Shown here: in pieces, positions 11,623-24,344 of the stretch
Numbering within the stretch: the stretch's first letter is position 1
Layout: each line of letters starts with the position of its first letter
Source: Flectonema sp. DT1601
Lineage: Eukaryota
Direction of reading: 5' to 3'
Assembly: GCA_964019425.1 (NCBI GenBank)
Contig: OZ025794.1
Coordinates: 1,240,001-1,304,000 of the forward strand
Length of the DNA: 64,000 nucleotides
The notes under the pieces: generated by a model
Databases searched by the model: none
What the model was told of the DNA's origin: nothing
The model's input: only the letters and a program-made list of their open reading frames with translations
Program-made: the position numbers and the translations under genes

Positions 11623-13224
11623 ATGGAACCGAGGACACTTAAATTAGAATGTTCCATAACAGAACAAGAAGAGAAGATCTTTAATTTATTACTAGAAGTA
11701 AACAACCGATACAAAGCTGGATGTGTCTTACGAGTTGCCGGAGGATGGGTTAGAGACAAAGTCTTAGGAGACCACAGTGATGATATTGACATTGCTATTG
11801 AAGGCGGGACAGGAGCTGACTTTTCATCATTAATTGTAAGGTATCAAGCAGAGATTGGACAAGAAACGCGATCAATAGGATTGATTAGAGTTAACCCAGC
11901 TCAGTCTAAACATCTCGAAACAGCTACCACACACATATTCGGTACTGCGATTGATCTCGTTAACCTTCGTAGTGAAGAGTACACCGAGTCAACAAGGATT
12001 CCTTCTGTAAAACATGGTACACCTCTTGAAGATGCGAAGAGGAGAGATTTCACGATAAACGCGTTGTTTTATAATTTGCACACGAAGCTGGTCGAGGATT
12101 ACACTTCTGGAATTCCGGATCTCCGAAATAAAATAATAAAAACTCCAATCGATCCTTCCATAACATTCACTGATGACCCTCTTCGTCTTCTACGATGTGT
12201 TCGATTCGCTGCTCGGTATGACTGCACAGTTGATGAGCCAATATTAGAGGCGGCTAAGCAACCCGGTATTTTATCTACATTAAATAAAAAAGTCAGCAGG
12301 GGTAGGATAGGTATTGAAATTCGGAAAATGATGAGCAGTCGACATCCATCGAGAGCGGTCTCACTACTGAATGAGTTTAACTTGCTGGGGATATTTCAAA
12401 ATAGTAAGGTAGACAAGAAAGGAAAAGTCACCGAAGGTGAGCCACTACAATTCTCAAAAGAGCAAATTAACTGCTCCATCAGTATTATGAAATACTTAGA
12501 AAATAATTACTGCCACGATGATCAACAAATGCCAACAGAACTCTCACTGGCTGCTCTATTTACTCCGTACGTGGGTAGTATTGTTTCATCTTACTCGTTA
12601 GAAAAACTTTTAATTGGTACGATTTCTCATGGTTTTCAGCTTCCAAAAAAACTCGTTGAACACGCTCACTTAATAATACAAAACTCATGTGCTATGAGTG
12701 GCTTATGGTCAACTTTACCTCTTGACTTGAGGTCGCTTGAAGACAAAAAAACTTTATACAAAAAGGACAACGGAGAAGTGAAACACTCAACTAGAGTTTG
12801 CCTTTGTGTTGGAATGCACGGAGCAGTTGAAAAAAACAACAAAGAAATTACGAATGTATTTTGGAAGGAATGCGTTTCACTTTCATACGCAGCCCGCGAA
12901 CCGTTTATTGACTGCAAATATACACCAGATGATGTAGTTATGTATGTGAATAATGATGCTTTCTTATCATCCGTTCCTCGCGTGGTACCGACTGTGCCTG
13001 CTGACACTATCCGTTTGAGTCTTTCTTTAAAAGGACCAGCCATTAAAGAAGGAATTGATAAGACTTTGGTTTATCAATTTGAGTATCCATCGTCGTCCAC
13101 TGAGGATGTTATGAGTTATTTAAAACATATTTACAAAGATGTTGATGTTCAAGTTCCAAAAAAGAAAAATAAAAAAACTAAGCATATTGTTAACACTGAC
13201 ATCAAAAGACAAAAACCAGTATGA
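11623..13224 (+). CDS. CCA1: CCA tRNA nucleotidyltransferase (class II)
   Basis: RVAGGWVRDKVLG..SDDIDI, IDLVNLRSEEY, EDAKRRDFTINAL and DDPLRLLR motifs. Confidence 0.92.
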   Translation: MEPRTLKLECSITEQEEKIFNLLLEVNNRYKAGCVLRVAGGWVRDKVLGDHSDDIDIAIEGGTGADFSSLIVRYQAEIGQETRSIGLIRVNPAQSKHLETATTHIFGTAIDLVNLRSEEYTESTRIPSVKHGTPLEDAKRRDFTINALFYNLHTKLVEDYTSGIPDLRNKIIKTPIDPSITFTDDPLRLLRCVRFAARYDCTVDEPILEAAKQPGILSTLNKKVSRGRIGIEIRKMMSSRHPSRAVSLLNEFNLLGIFQNSKVDKKGKVTEGEPLQFSKEQINCSISIMKYLENNYCHDDQQMPTELSLAALFTPYVGSIVSSYSLEKLLIGTISHGFQLPKKLVEHAHLIIQNSCAMSGLWSTLPLDLRSLEDKKTLYKKDNGEVKHSTRVCLCVGMHGAVEKNNKEITNVFWKECVSLSYAAREPFIDCKYTPDDVVMYVNNDAFLSSVPRVVPTVPADTIRLSLSLKGPAIKEGIDKTLVYQFEYPSSSTEDVMSYLKHIYKDVDVQVPKKKNKKTKHIVNTDIKRQKPV

Positions 13225-13479
13225 AATAACCGGAAGTCAACACTGAGCGCAGCGCATTGAAGAGCTGCTGATCGTGTTACGGTAAGACTGACTTACTCTC
13301 GATATGATCACATTTGTCTGATCAGTTTTTTTTTTGTTTTGTTTTTTTTAAACATTCAATTTTAACTTCAATTTAACAGAACACTCCACCATGTTACATG
13401 ATAGCAGCAGACACACTTGATTAATCTGTTTTTATATGTCTCTTCCAACAGGTTTTTCTTTCTTAAATATATAATTCCA

Positions 13480-14562
13480 ATGTCGGTTCTTGACTATAAT
13501 TATCAACAAGGGGTGTCAACGCCTCGTTCGTCGGATATAAATAGTGGTGCGGTAGAATTGAGAAACATTCCACCAGCTGATTATTTTAATGATGTAAAGG
13601 AGCACGAGGTACCAGATCAATTCCAACAAAAGGAAAATCCTCTTCCATTTGATCCAGCGACTAATATTGCAGTCAAAGAAAATAGCAACGAAGATCTCCC
13701 TGAGAAAACTTCTGTCGAACAAGATAGGAGATTGTTATCTACTGTCGCCAATTGTTGTGACAAATCTTTATGTGGTACGAATCCTGTTTATTTATTTGTG
13801 GTATGCTGCTGTGTAGGTATAGGATTACTCGTGACAGGAGCAGTGTTGATATCTGGTGATGGGATTTCAAACGGAGAATGCGTTGCTTTACCTAAATCTT
13901 GGACTTTTACCTGTTTATTCGACGACGGGGATGATGTACTTCCGAGAGGATGGTTTACTGCTCCTGTTCTTGCTGCTAATTGGGATGATGCGGGTAGGTT
14001 AGGAGTACCTCCGTTACCAAATAATCTTTTGATAAATTCAAAATGCGAAGGTGGAAACGACATAGGCAGATACACTCCAAATATCCCATTACAACAATGT
14101 AATGAGTTCTGTACTAATTGGTGTCGTGTTCAGGAACAACAACTACTAAAGGAAACTACTACTACTGGAATACTCTGTTGTGAAGCAGTGATGTCATCTT
14201 CTTGTACGTGTGCTGCACGTAATCCAAGTTCTATTGTTGTTGGAAACTCATCGAGTATGGCTACAGAATACGAGTTAATCCGCACCAAGCCTTTAGAAAG
14301 TCCTAATAAACATTGTTCAAATACATCTGTTTTTGGTCTCGCTACAGAAGATGAGTGTTATCTTCGAGGTTTCCGGACGCTGATTGAACTGCGAAATCCA
14401 ATCCCCTGCTATGCCAGTACTACCGTCACGAAGGGTGTTAAGTTCGATAAGTGCTCCGATGGTTACGTTGTCGATGATGCCAACCCAGATGGATTGCCGG
14501 TACTGATTGTCGGTGCGGTCATGGTTGCATTTTTATGCTGTTTGGCAATCATAAAAAGATGA
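13480..14562 (+). CDS. Cys-rich membrane protein with two predicted TM helices
   Basis: Hydrophobic YLFVVCCCVGIGLLVTGAVLI and C-terminal LPVLIVGAVMVAFLCCLAII flank a Cys-rich loop. First ATG is 13480. Confidence 0.7.
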   Translation: MSVLDYNYQQGVSTPRSSDINSGAVELRNIPPADYFNDVKEHEVPDQFQQKENPLPFDPATNIAVKENSNEDLPEKTSVEQDRRLLSTVANCCDKSLCGTNPVYLFVVCCCVGIGLLVTGAVLISGDGISNGECVALPKSWTFTCLFDDGDDVLPRGWFTAPVLAANWDDAGRLGVPPLPNNLLINSKCEGGNDIGRYTPNIPLQQCNEFCTNWCRVQEQQLLKETTTTGILCCEAVMSSSCTCAARNPSSIVVGNSSSMATEYELIRTKPLESPNKHCSNTSVFGLATEDECYLRGFRTLIELRNPIPCYASTTVTKGVKFDKCSDGYVVDDANPDGLPVLIVGAVMVAFLCCLAIIKR

Positions 14563-15106
14563 ATTATTTTAATTTACAGCATCTGTCTTTCTCTTCCATT
14601 TCATAAGAATCTTATTGCCAATAACTCTCAACTCCTTACATGGGTCAGAGTTTGTCAATGAGCTGATTCGCAGTAGCAGAACCTACTGTCGCCTTTCTAT
14701 TTCTGTTTGCAATCTCTCTTTTTATGATTTCTTACTTTGAATTGTTTTCTGATCGTTGTGTGATTCAAAATATTATTTTTGATTTGCTCAGCTGTGAACT
14801 TTTCATATTACTTACTGGCTAAGGTGTATTTTTTGTTAAAACGCCCCACCCCAAGTATTCTCAACTTCAAACTCTCAACTCTCAAATTGTTAACGAGTCA
14901 GTGTTTGTGTTTAGGTTCTTGGGTATGGAAACTTAGAATTGCCGAGTTTCGTGATGATTTGCCCCCCTTTTTTTTAAAAACTTCTTTGATGCAGGTACAG
15001 CAACTGATGATCCATTTCTTCACGTGATTTTCTTTTTTTGGTCTCTTTTTTTAAATTAAACACATTCTAACTAACTCAGCAGACTTACCACAAAAAAGAA
15101 ATCAAT

Positions 15107-16530
15107 ATGGGTGACGACTTACAAAGATCTCTTAATGACAGGATGATGAAAATGAGGGCTCAGGCTCTTAGAGGAAGGAGTGGTGGAGGACTCAGTGGAG
15201 GGAATGTTGTTAGAAACACGAGCACTCCATCTACGAATTTTCAAGCATCGATACCGACAGAGAATCCTTCACGAAGCGGATCAATATACGGAGGGAGTAC
15301 CCAAGGAACAAATTATACACCCGGGCAGGTGAATGCGAACCAGCCACCCATTAATCCACATAGCATGTTTAACAATGGTCCTGGAGGTGCACCTGTTGCG
15401 ACGAATAACACTAACGTGAATTCTCATAATAATACGTCGTCTGTGAGTAATACCAAAAGTAACAACAATAACAGTAGCAGCAACAACAACGAATCTGATG
15501 ATGATGGAGCTCAAAAACTTAGAGAAAAATTAAGAGAAATGGGAATTAACGACACTGTTGCCCCCCTTTCACAAGGTATTTATTTAGAGTTTTTTGATTT
15601 ACTAATAAAGTTCATGAAATTTAAAAAATAAAAAATAATTAAAAAAAACCAGTTGAAGCAACGACAACGGTTGTTAGAAGCGCACCTAAGTTGGATGTTT
15701 CTGATCGAAGGAGTTTTCTTGGACATGCACCTCCAAAGTATGTCATCTTAGAGTGGTTTGGTCTTGTCAATTTATTCAAAAAAAAAAGAAAAAAAAAAAA
15801 AAACAGAGTTGGAATGGTCTATTGTCACATCATACGTGATCGTTCGGGATTAAAAAAATTACACCCGGAATATAACTTGTACCTTGAAGTGCCTGGTGAA
15901 GATCCGTTCTTTTTACTCGCAGCTCGTAAAAGAAAAAAGAACAAAAGTAGTAACTACCTTATCTCAATGGATCCGGAAGATTTGAATCGTTATTCTGGAA
16001 ACTTTTATGGAAAAGTCAGATCGAATTTCTTAGGAACTGAGTACACGATTTATGACAAAGGAGAGAAGGGTTCTAAAGGAGGTGGACTATCACTTCGTCA
16101 AGAGCTGGGAGCAGTGCTATACGAAACTAACATCGTAGGCAGTAAAGGACCTCGAAGAATGATCGCTGTCATACCGTCGGTAGACTCTACCGGAAAGCGT
16201 TCAGCATGGAAACCAACAATCGAAGATGGTGAGTCTCTCATCAATGCTTACAAAGCAAAGGATCGAAAAGATGATATGATTATTCTTGAAAATAAAAAGC
16301 CAAACTGGAATGAAGAGCTTCGCGCGTATATATTAGATTTCAAGGGACGAGTGACTGTCCCAAGTGTTAAAAACTTTCAACTTGTAGAGCGTCATACCGA
16401 AAAAGTTTTGGTTCAATTTGGAAAGATCGCCTCGGATAAATTTACCCTCGATTTCCAACATCCCGTAAACGGTCTTCAAGCTTTCAGCCAAGCACTCACA
16501 GCTCTGGATAATAAATTAGCTTGTGAATAG
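15107..16530 (+). CDS. Tubby-like protein; exons 15107-15575, 15653-15737, 15807-16530
   Basis: FLLAARKRKK.KSSNYLIS, GKVRSNFLGTEYTIYD, GPRRM, SVKNFQL and C-terminal KLACE. Both introns keep the frame. Confidence 0.93.
15576..15652 (+). other. GT-AG intron, 77 nt
   Basis: GTATTT...AAAAAAAACCAG; joins ORFs 15107 and 15691. Confidence 0.8.
15738..15806 (+). other. GT-AG intron, 69 nt (3n, no stop)
   Basis: GTATGT...poly-A CAG; removal deletes a spurious poly-Lys run and gives HAPPKVGMVYC. Confidence 0.8.
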
Positions 16531-16751
16531 AAACTTCTCTGTTTTTTTTTTTTCTTTCTTTTTTTTTTTTTTTTTTTTGCTTAACAAAATACAACCCAGG
16601 TAGTGTTTTTCCTTTCGTTGCAGGAATGCACCTTTTTGTGTTTTTTGTGGTAAAAAGAGATGGTAAGGAAAATAGATTTAAGAAAAGTTTAAGTACGAAT
16701 AGATTTGGTGATCAAAAATGTCCCTGGCGAAAGTTGGGGTTGAGTACCTTC

Positions 16752-16786
<35 letters not shown>

Positions 16787-17210
16787 TTGCACCTGAGCAA
16801 CAAGTGTCATGGCAAAGGAAGAGGAAGAAAAAAGAAAAAGAAAACAATGTTTCAGCAAAAGCATGGTAACCTTTTCTTTTTTTCTTTTTAAAAAAAAGAT
16901 TAAATGGTTTCCTTATTTTCGTGTTCTTTGCTTAACTACGTTAACACACGTTCACCAGCATTGTTTTGAAGTGATGTGGATGATTCTAAGTCGGTACAGT
17001 GGTGAGAAGATGATGTGCACTGGACCTTCACTATTTCTTTAATTAAAGATTAGTAGTAAGTGAATCATAGAGAAGTAAAGGGGAAAAAAAAAAAAAAAAG
17101 TCTCTGATCGTGTGAGACAGGGAGTTCTTTCTACCCGTGATTGGCTTACTCAGAAATGAGCTATTCTTCTGTAAGACTCTGTCAGTTTAACTTTATTACT
17201 TATTCTAAGT

Positions 17211-17255
17211 ATTTTAAAGTGTTACTGTTTTCTACATTGTCAAACTATCACCCTC
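17211..17255 (+). repeat. Dispersed repeat family B, short 3' copy
   Basis: TTTAAAGTGTTACTGTTTTCTACATTGTCAAACTATCACCCTC matches the 3' parts of the copies at ~6940-7004 and ~45860-45904. Confidence 0.7.
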
Positions 17256-18337
17256 CGTGATTGGCTTGTTTTCTTTCTTCTTCCCTGTCTAATCGCAAAG
17301 ACTCTCTAATCGCTGACAAGAGCTTTTTTTTCCTTTTTTTTTTTTTTTCTTTCTGTCAGAGCATTTCAGAATGAAGCTGTGTGGTCTTTTCTTTTTTTCT
17401 TCCTTCCCTTTCCACGTTCGTTCTGCTCTTCTGTTGGGGGAGATAAAACGGAGTCTGCATATTTTGCGCACATCGGAATGGATTCGCTCTGTTTGGCTTT
17501 TGTTTGTTTTGTTTAGAGAGAGTGTTGCATGATAGGATGCAACAAGAGATTTTTCTTTTTTTTATAAAAAAAAAGCTCAGTTTTGCTATTTATAATACCA
17601 TAATCGTGCGCTGCTATTACTTGTGGTGGAGAATGTTTTGTTCTTTGTTGTGTGTAAGAAAAAAAATCTTTAAAGTGAAAAGAAAAACGAATTAAAAAAA
17701 AAAAAAAAAAACTTCCATTTTTCCCCATAGCCTGCAATTTGTTACTGTCCTTCTCGACGGCTTCTGCCTCCATTTACAGCAACAGCAGTAGTCATATGCT
17801 AGCCTTTTTGTCAGGGGGAGGGGTGTATCCTCCCGTCGAAATTATTTTATTGTCTTTCGTTGAATTTTGTAAATTGCTGACAGTTTCAGCTGATCTTATT
17901 ACCCAACCCCCCCCTCTTCCCAATTCGCGTTTTGTTTTTTTTTAAATATTTTTTTTTCCCTCCACTAATATCTAAAGCAAACGTCATAACTACTTTGAAA
18001 CTGTAACAGGATAAAGTAATAGAGAGTGGAGTCTTCCGGACAGTAGGGTGACAGTGATCATAAATACCATTCACATAGGTGTTTATGTGTTAGTTCTCAA
18101 CTTAATTTCTTCCCCGAAGAGATTGAGTGAGAGGTGTTAGTCAAAACTAACCTTTCGATTTATTAATTAAACTGAATTGATTATTTATTTACTTATTTGC
18201 GATTCCTAATTACTATTAAAGACGAATACTAACTTTCTCTCTCTCAGTAGTATAAGATTAACGACCTGAAATTATTATGTTAGTAATCTGCACCTTTTGT
18301 TTACTTTCATACTATTCTTTCTCTCAGGGAGGGTGAC

Positions 18338-21300
18338 ATGAATCAGTCTGATGACAGTCCTCATCAGAACCCCCCTCGCACAGATGAGGATGCTGCCGAG
18401 AGACTCGAAAAGGCGGCTTCATTAATTCAGGCGAAAAAAGAGAAGTTAAATCTTCAATATGGGCTCATGAAGGCAGCACAGATGGCTACAAAGGCACCAA
18501 GGGAAGAGACTCTTGAAGACAAAATAAAGGAAAAGCTACCTGGAGGACAGACAAGCGAGCTACTAACTGATCTTGTGGGTTACTTAGGTAGAGTAGACTC
18601 ACTCTGTGAATGTGATAATAAAGGTGTTATAAAACACATTCAAAACTGGGCTGAAAACAAATTACAAGTTCAAACTGAATCGACTGAATTAGGTCTTGGG
18701 CTCGGACTCGGAATCGGAATCGGATTAGGAGGATTAGAATTAGGTGATGATTTCGGACTTGTTTGTGGAAGTCACGATCCACTTTTAGAAGCCACACTTG
18801 AAGAACACAATAAAAACAATGCAGCAGAAGCTGCTCTGGATCCCAACCATCTCGACTGCTGGAATGGCATTGGATGTACTTCTGAAGCAGTCACAGAAAA
18901 CATTCGAGGCATTGGTAACGATGGTGAACTTGTATTCGCTCTTCCTGGTGACACTACTCAATTCGTAAGAGTAGATGCCCCAGCACTACATGAGTACGTC
19001 ACACTTGTTTTATTATCAGACATTGGTGAAATCTTATCGTGGAACGAGTCTATGAAAAAGGTCACTGGAGTAGAAGCTAATTCAGCATTAGGAAATGACT
19101 TCTCTGCTTTCTTACTATCGGAAAAGGATCAAGAGGAATTCCAAGACGTCCTAAACGGTGATGCCGCAAAACGAAGACGGATTTACGGAATAACAAAATC
19201 TGACGGAGTCAACATTGCATACATTGAAATGCAATTTGTTGAAGCTTCTGCTGGGGCATCAAACGATAAAGTAATTCTTTGTATTGGAAGATCTCGTAAT
19301 AAACTTGAAGCAACTCTAACATACAGTACATGGGTCCTCGAACAGATTGAAGCAATGTTGTTTTGTAGCACTTCTTCTGATAATGAAGACACCAGACGTC
19401 TACTTAATATGATTCAACAATCTCGTGATATCGATCCATCTGATTGGGGTCCGTTGAGTACAAAACTAACATTCAATAAACTAGTCGCTGATTACAGAGA
19501 CGACTTAGAGGGAAGTGGTGACCGAAATATTGAAATTACATTAAACTTTGATGAGAAGGTACCTGATGAAATCCACACAGATCTTCTTAGGTTTCCAAAC
19601 ACAGTCGCGTATATTGTAAACAATGCAGTCAGATGTAGCCCTAATGGTGGACAAGTATGTATTGGTGTTTATCACGACAGACACGGTGATGAATCAATGG
19701 GTACTCTTAGGGTAACAGTCACAGATGAAGGAAATGGTATCCATGAAAACGTTCTTGATGCAGTCAGATCAATGTCCGCAGATGAGGACGCCCCAGGTAG
19801 AAATTTAAGAAACAGCAGACTGGTCATTCAAGAACTTGGTGGTGACATTACTTTCGAAAGAGGTACTGCTACTGCTTTAAAAAAACGAAGACAAGCAGCG
19901 ACTTCAATCGCTTGCGGAGTTCCAATCAGAGAAGACACTGTCGGAACTACTGCAACTATTATTATTCCTTGGTTACCTCCAACTAATCAGTGTGCTGCTT
20001 CAGGTTTACATAGACCTTTTACAATTAATAAGAATCTCAATCGTGGGGTTAAGAAGGTCAGCAAGTTACAAAACGATCTACAAAACGCTAAAGATGCTCT
20101 TGAGAAGAGGGGTGTTGTATCGATGATAAAGTCACTCGTTGTAGAGTCCAATGTAGTTCATAGGATGGCGTTTTGTCATCATCTGTGGGAACGTTCCCAC
20201 GCTCTCAGTCTCGCAAATAATATTTCAGAAATAAAATCGCATCTTCAGTCGGTTGATATTATTGTAATCGCAATCGAGGAGACGCACGTCAGCATCAAAA
20301 AACTTCTCTCCGAACTGAGTACTCTCGACATCCAAGTGATTCTCGCATCTCGATTCTTCACACCAATGCAAATTCGAGAGATTGAAAACGCTAATTGGTT
20401 TGGTGTCTCCCTCCCTATTCAGAAACGAGAGTTTTTAGAGGCGTTAGATCACGTATGTACTTATTAATGAAGTCTTTTGTTTGTGTTGGTTGCTTCGTCG
20501 GTACAAAAAAAAAAAACAACAACAACAGGTGGAACTAGCGGTATTAAAAAAACTCGAAGCACAAAAACATATCGAAGACGTGAGGAAAGCATTTGGGGGA
20601 AGGTATAAAAAAAAAATCACATCATTTTTTTTTTTCTTCTTAACATTTTTTTCAGTTTTTTTCATATAACAAAAAAAAAAAAAAAATAAAACAGTAAAAT
20701 TCCTTGGGAACGAGGCCGTCTACTCGGTAAGGGTGCCTTTGGAAAGGTATTCGAAGCAAAAAGTGCCGTCACTGGAGGCACTATGGCTGTCAAGTGTATT
20801 GAGAGACTGGAAGGAGGCAGCGCCCAAGAAGAGGCGATTTACGGAGAAGTAAAAATGATGTCAGAATTATCTCATCCAAACATAATTCATTATTTTTATA
20901 GTGAGCTAACTGAGAGTGAATTATTAATATTTATGGAGCTAGCATCGGAGGGTTCTCTTGAGAGTAAAATCCCACCTGGAGGAATGGACGAAAGTACTGT
21001 TGCTGAGTACATGGAAGGAATCCTAAAGGGACTCCAATACCTTCACAGCAAAGACATCGCCCACAGAGATATAAAAACAGGTAATGTTTTAATCAGCAAC
21101 GGAACACCAAAATTAACTGATTTTGGAACCGCAACCAAAATAAAAGAAAAGCAAACCCTCAACGAGGAAGCAGATAACACAGCAGGAACCCCATCATATA
21201 TGGCACCTGAAGTATGGAATGGAATAGACAGCGGTAACCTGGCTGATATTTGGGCACTTGGATGTCTACTAATGGAAGCATCAACAAAACAATTACCATT

Positions 21301-21919
21301 CTTTCACAGAGGTGGTACAATGGTGTCAGTTATGACTTACATTCCACTACTAAAGCCAACTGATACAGTCGACATTGGACATAATGAAAATAATTATGGT
21401 CCTGCAGTACTTGACTTCATAAGACAATGTCTTGTCGTTGATATGACAGCTCGCCCTACTTGTGAAGAATTATTGCAGTCCAGGCTACTCGGAGAATGTG
21501 ATCAGATTATGAATAGAAAGGCTACTGTTGCTAAATTATCTCTCATTTCGAGAGGGGAATCAATGAGGGGAAGTTATAGTAGAAGAAGGATACCAATAAA
21601 GACAGCTCAGCCTGTTGTATCTGAGCCTCCTGATTGGGACTGTTCTGAAGCTTCTTCTCCAGCCACAACCCCTCGTAATAATAAAATCTGCACCCCTCCT
21701 CAGACAAGAAGTAGGGCACACACTACTATATCTCGTGGTAGCACTACTTCTCATATTTCTTGCGAGCCGGTTGATTTATCTTCGACTCATGCATTTAAGT
21801 CGTTTGTTACTACTCGTCCTCCAGCTCCACGGAAGTCTGATCTCTACTCACCTTCGCTTTTGAATAGGCAAATACCACATGCTCAGTCATTTATTCATTT
21901 GAGACATCCAATAAGTTGA
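18338..21919 (+). CDS. PAS - HATPase-like - pseudo-receiver - STE11/MEKK-type Ser/Thr kinase fusion; exons 18338-20452, 20529-20602, 20695-21919
   Basis: PAS (GEILSWNESMKKVTG..ALG), N-box IVNNAVR, G1 VTDEGNGI and receiver-like SLVVESN..HR. After splicing: WERGRLLGKGAFGKV, MAVK, HRDIKTGN, DFG, APE. Confidence 0.85.
20453..20528 (+). other. GT-AG intron, 76 nt
   Basis: GTATGT...AAAAAAAAAAACAACAACAACAG. Confidence 0.8.
20603..20694 (+). other. GT-AG intron, 92 nt
   Basis: GTATAA...poly-A TAAAACAG; restores the kinase Gly-rich loop in frame. Confidence 0.8.
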
Positions 21920-23144
21920 GATTTAATTATTGTTATTGTTATTGTTATTCGAGTTATTACCGCTTAGAAAAAAAGCGACGGGTTTTTTCCATCTGTGTAT
22001 CACCACTTTTTTTTATTTTATTTTATTGTTTTCTTTTTTTTTCTTCTCTCCCTTTCTTGCAAAAGCTGTGTTATTTTTCTTACGAGGTCAATCAGGATGA
22101 CCTGTACATATCCAACCAACTTCTGCGTCCCTTCCCCTATTTTGTAGTATCAAATGTGTGTTAGTCGAGAGCTGCAAGGTTCCTACAACACGATAGGGAT
22201 TTCTAAGGTGCTTTTAGTTTTGTTTTTGCAGTTATGCAGCCCTGAAACCCTTGAAAGCAGCCATTATACTTACTACTGAGAAACAAACCTTGGTTTTCGA
22301 TTCCTGGTTCCATAGTCACAGAGAACTGAAACAGCACAAGCAGCAGCAAAGAGAAAAAAAAAAAAAAAAAAAAATAGAATGATTTTTTTCTCGTTGTTTT
22401 TTTTCGTTTTCTTTCAGTTTGCACCCGTGATATTCCTCGCTAGTGTGATAATAAGACTGTTGATGACGTTGGTTGAACAATGAAGAAAAGAAAAAAACAA
22501 AGAGGGAAAAAAAAAAAAAAAAAAGAGATCTACAGGACTCGAACTAGTTACGTTTTCTACAACACGACTATCGTTACACGTTAAGCAAGGGATAAACGTG
22601 TACTGTTTGTCCGTTGACGATAAAGAAAAAGAGAGGAACAAACAAAAAAAAAAAAAAAAAAAAGGACGGAAAAGAACCCTGTTCTGGTCTTCAACCTGAT
22701 TGCAGGCGTTTCTATTGGGTTTTGTCGCTTGCGTACGAACGAAAAAAAAAAAAAAAAAATAGAGAAGGTTTGGTGGGACAATGAATTCGTACCTAGTGCA
22801 ATGAAGAAACAATACGACTACTTTCCCTACTCTCTCGCCTTTATATGTCCTCACCAACAAAATTTAAAATTCGCAGCATCAACCTACGCAATTTGTTTTT
22901 TCTCGTTGTTATTCCTGATTCCGTTTCACAATGTCTTTTTGGGTTTATAAGTTACAACCTGTCCTCAAGTATACTTACATGAGAAAGGTTAATCATTGTT
23001 GTTATTGTTGTCGTAAAATCATTAAAAAAACCTTTCACAGAAAACAACTACATGAAAGAAAGCAACGGCTTCTTACTGACCTCAATAATCAATAGAAGAT
23101 AATACGAACCATCATTTCTCAGTTAAAACAAACGTTATAAAAAC

Positions 23145-24308
23145 ATGAAGACTGCTGTTTGCGCGTTGGCCGTCTTGGCCGGAGCTGAAGCACTTACTAA
23201 AATAAAGCTTGAGAGAACCTTTGAGATTGCTGAACGTAGTGACAAACCTTTAACAGAAGCTCTTCAACACGGAAATGTGTTAGGAATGGAAAGAGTAAAG
23301 CTTGCGAGAAAGTACGGAGGTGATGTTCCCGTTATTCCAATTAGAGACTTTATGAATGCTCAGTATTTTGGACCAGTTGATATTGGTACCCCAAGTCAGA
23401 AATTCACTGCCATCTATGATACTGGTTCTTCAAATTTGTGGATGCCAGGAAAGAACTGCAGCAAATGCACTCATAAAAGATACGATTCCTCAAAGTCTTC
23501 GACATACGTCGCCAACGGAACGTCCTTTTCAATCTTATATGGATCTGGAGCCGTAAAGGGTTTCTGTGATGAGGATCTGGTTACCTTCGGAGGACTTCAG
23601 TCAAACAAACAAGTCTTTGCTGAAACTACTTCAGAACCAGGACTACCATGGATTGTTGGAAGATTTGATGGGATTCTTGGTCTTGGTTGGCCACAGATCT
23701 CAGTGAATGGAATTACTCCTGTTTTCTTTAATCTTATTAAGCAGAAGAAGGTTGAGACTGGTCAATTCTCATTCTGGCTTTCTGCTACTCCAGGAAAGGA
23801 AGGTGGTGAGCTTGCCCTTGGAGGAACTGACCCAGAAAAGTACAGCGGTAACTTCACATATGTCCCAGTTACTAAAGAAGGATATTGGCAGATTGCTGCT
23901 GACTCAATGTCTATTGGGACGACTACAATAAGATCAAACTTCCAGGCTGTTGTTGACAGTGGTACTTCTCTTCTTGCCCTTCCAATGGTTGACGCTATTC
24001 GTATTAACTCTCATTTGAACTGCACTGATGCAGGAATTGAGTGTATCTTTACTCAGTGTCCGGACTTTAACACCCTTCCAGATTTAACGTTTGTTCTTGG
24101 AGGTCGTGGATACGTTTTAACTGGAAAGGATTATATCCTTCAGGTTACTTCAGCAGGTCAGACTCAATGTGTTTCTGGTATTATGGGGATGCCTGCTCTC
24201 CCAGAACACCTTGGTGCTATCATCGGAGACGTTTTCATGAGAAAATTCTACACCACTTTCGACGTCACTAACAAGCGTGTTGGTTTCGCTCTCGCAAAGA
24301 ACAACTAG
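23145..24308 (+). CDS. Pepsin-family (A1) aspartic protease, cathepsin D-like
   Basis: Signal peptide, YDTGSSNLW and VDSGTS catalytic motifs, FDGILGLG, IIGDVFMRKFYT. Confidence 0.95.
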   Translation: MKTAVCALAVLAGAEALTKIKLERTFEIAERSDKPLTEALQHGNVLGMERVKLARKYGGDVPVIPIRDFMNAQYFGPVDIGTPSQKFTAIYDTGSSNLWMPGKNCSKCTHKRYDSSKSSTYVANGTSFSILYGSGAVKGFCDEDLVTFGGLQSNKQVFAETTSEPGLPWIVGRFDGILGLGWPQISVNGITPVFFNLIKQKKVETGQFSFWLSATPGKEGGELALGGTDPEKYSGNFTYVPVTKEGYWQIAADSMSIGTTTIRSNFQAVVDSGTSLLALPMVDAIRINSHLNCTDAGIECIFTQCPDFNTLPDLTFVLGGRGYVLTGKDYILQVTSAGQTQCVSGIMGMPALPEHLGAIIGDVFMRKFYTTFDVTNKRVGFALAKNN

Positions 24309-24344
24309 AATACTACTTGGTATTTTTTTTTTTTTTTTTTTCTT

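Noticed and set aside
17105..17142. Resemblance to LSU GTCGTGAGACAGGTTAGTTTTACCC
   Set aside because: Only about 10 nt exact with gaps; compatible with chance.
22200..22950. Hidden micro-exon gene suggested by repeated poly-A+AG motifs
   Set aside because: I could not assemble donors and a coherent reading frame.
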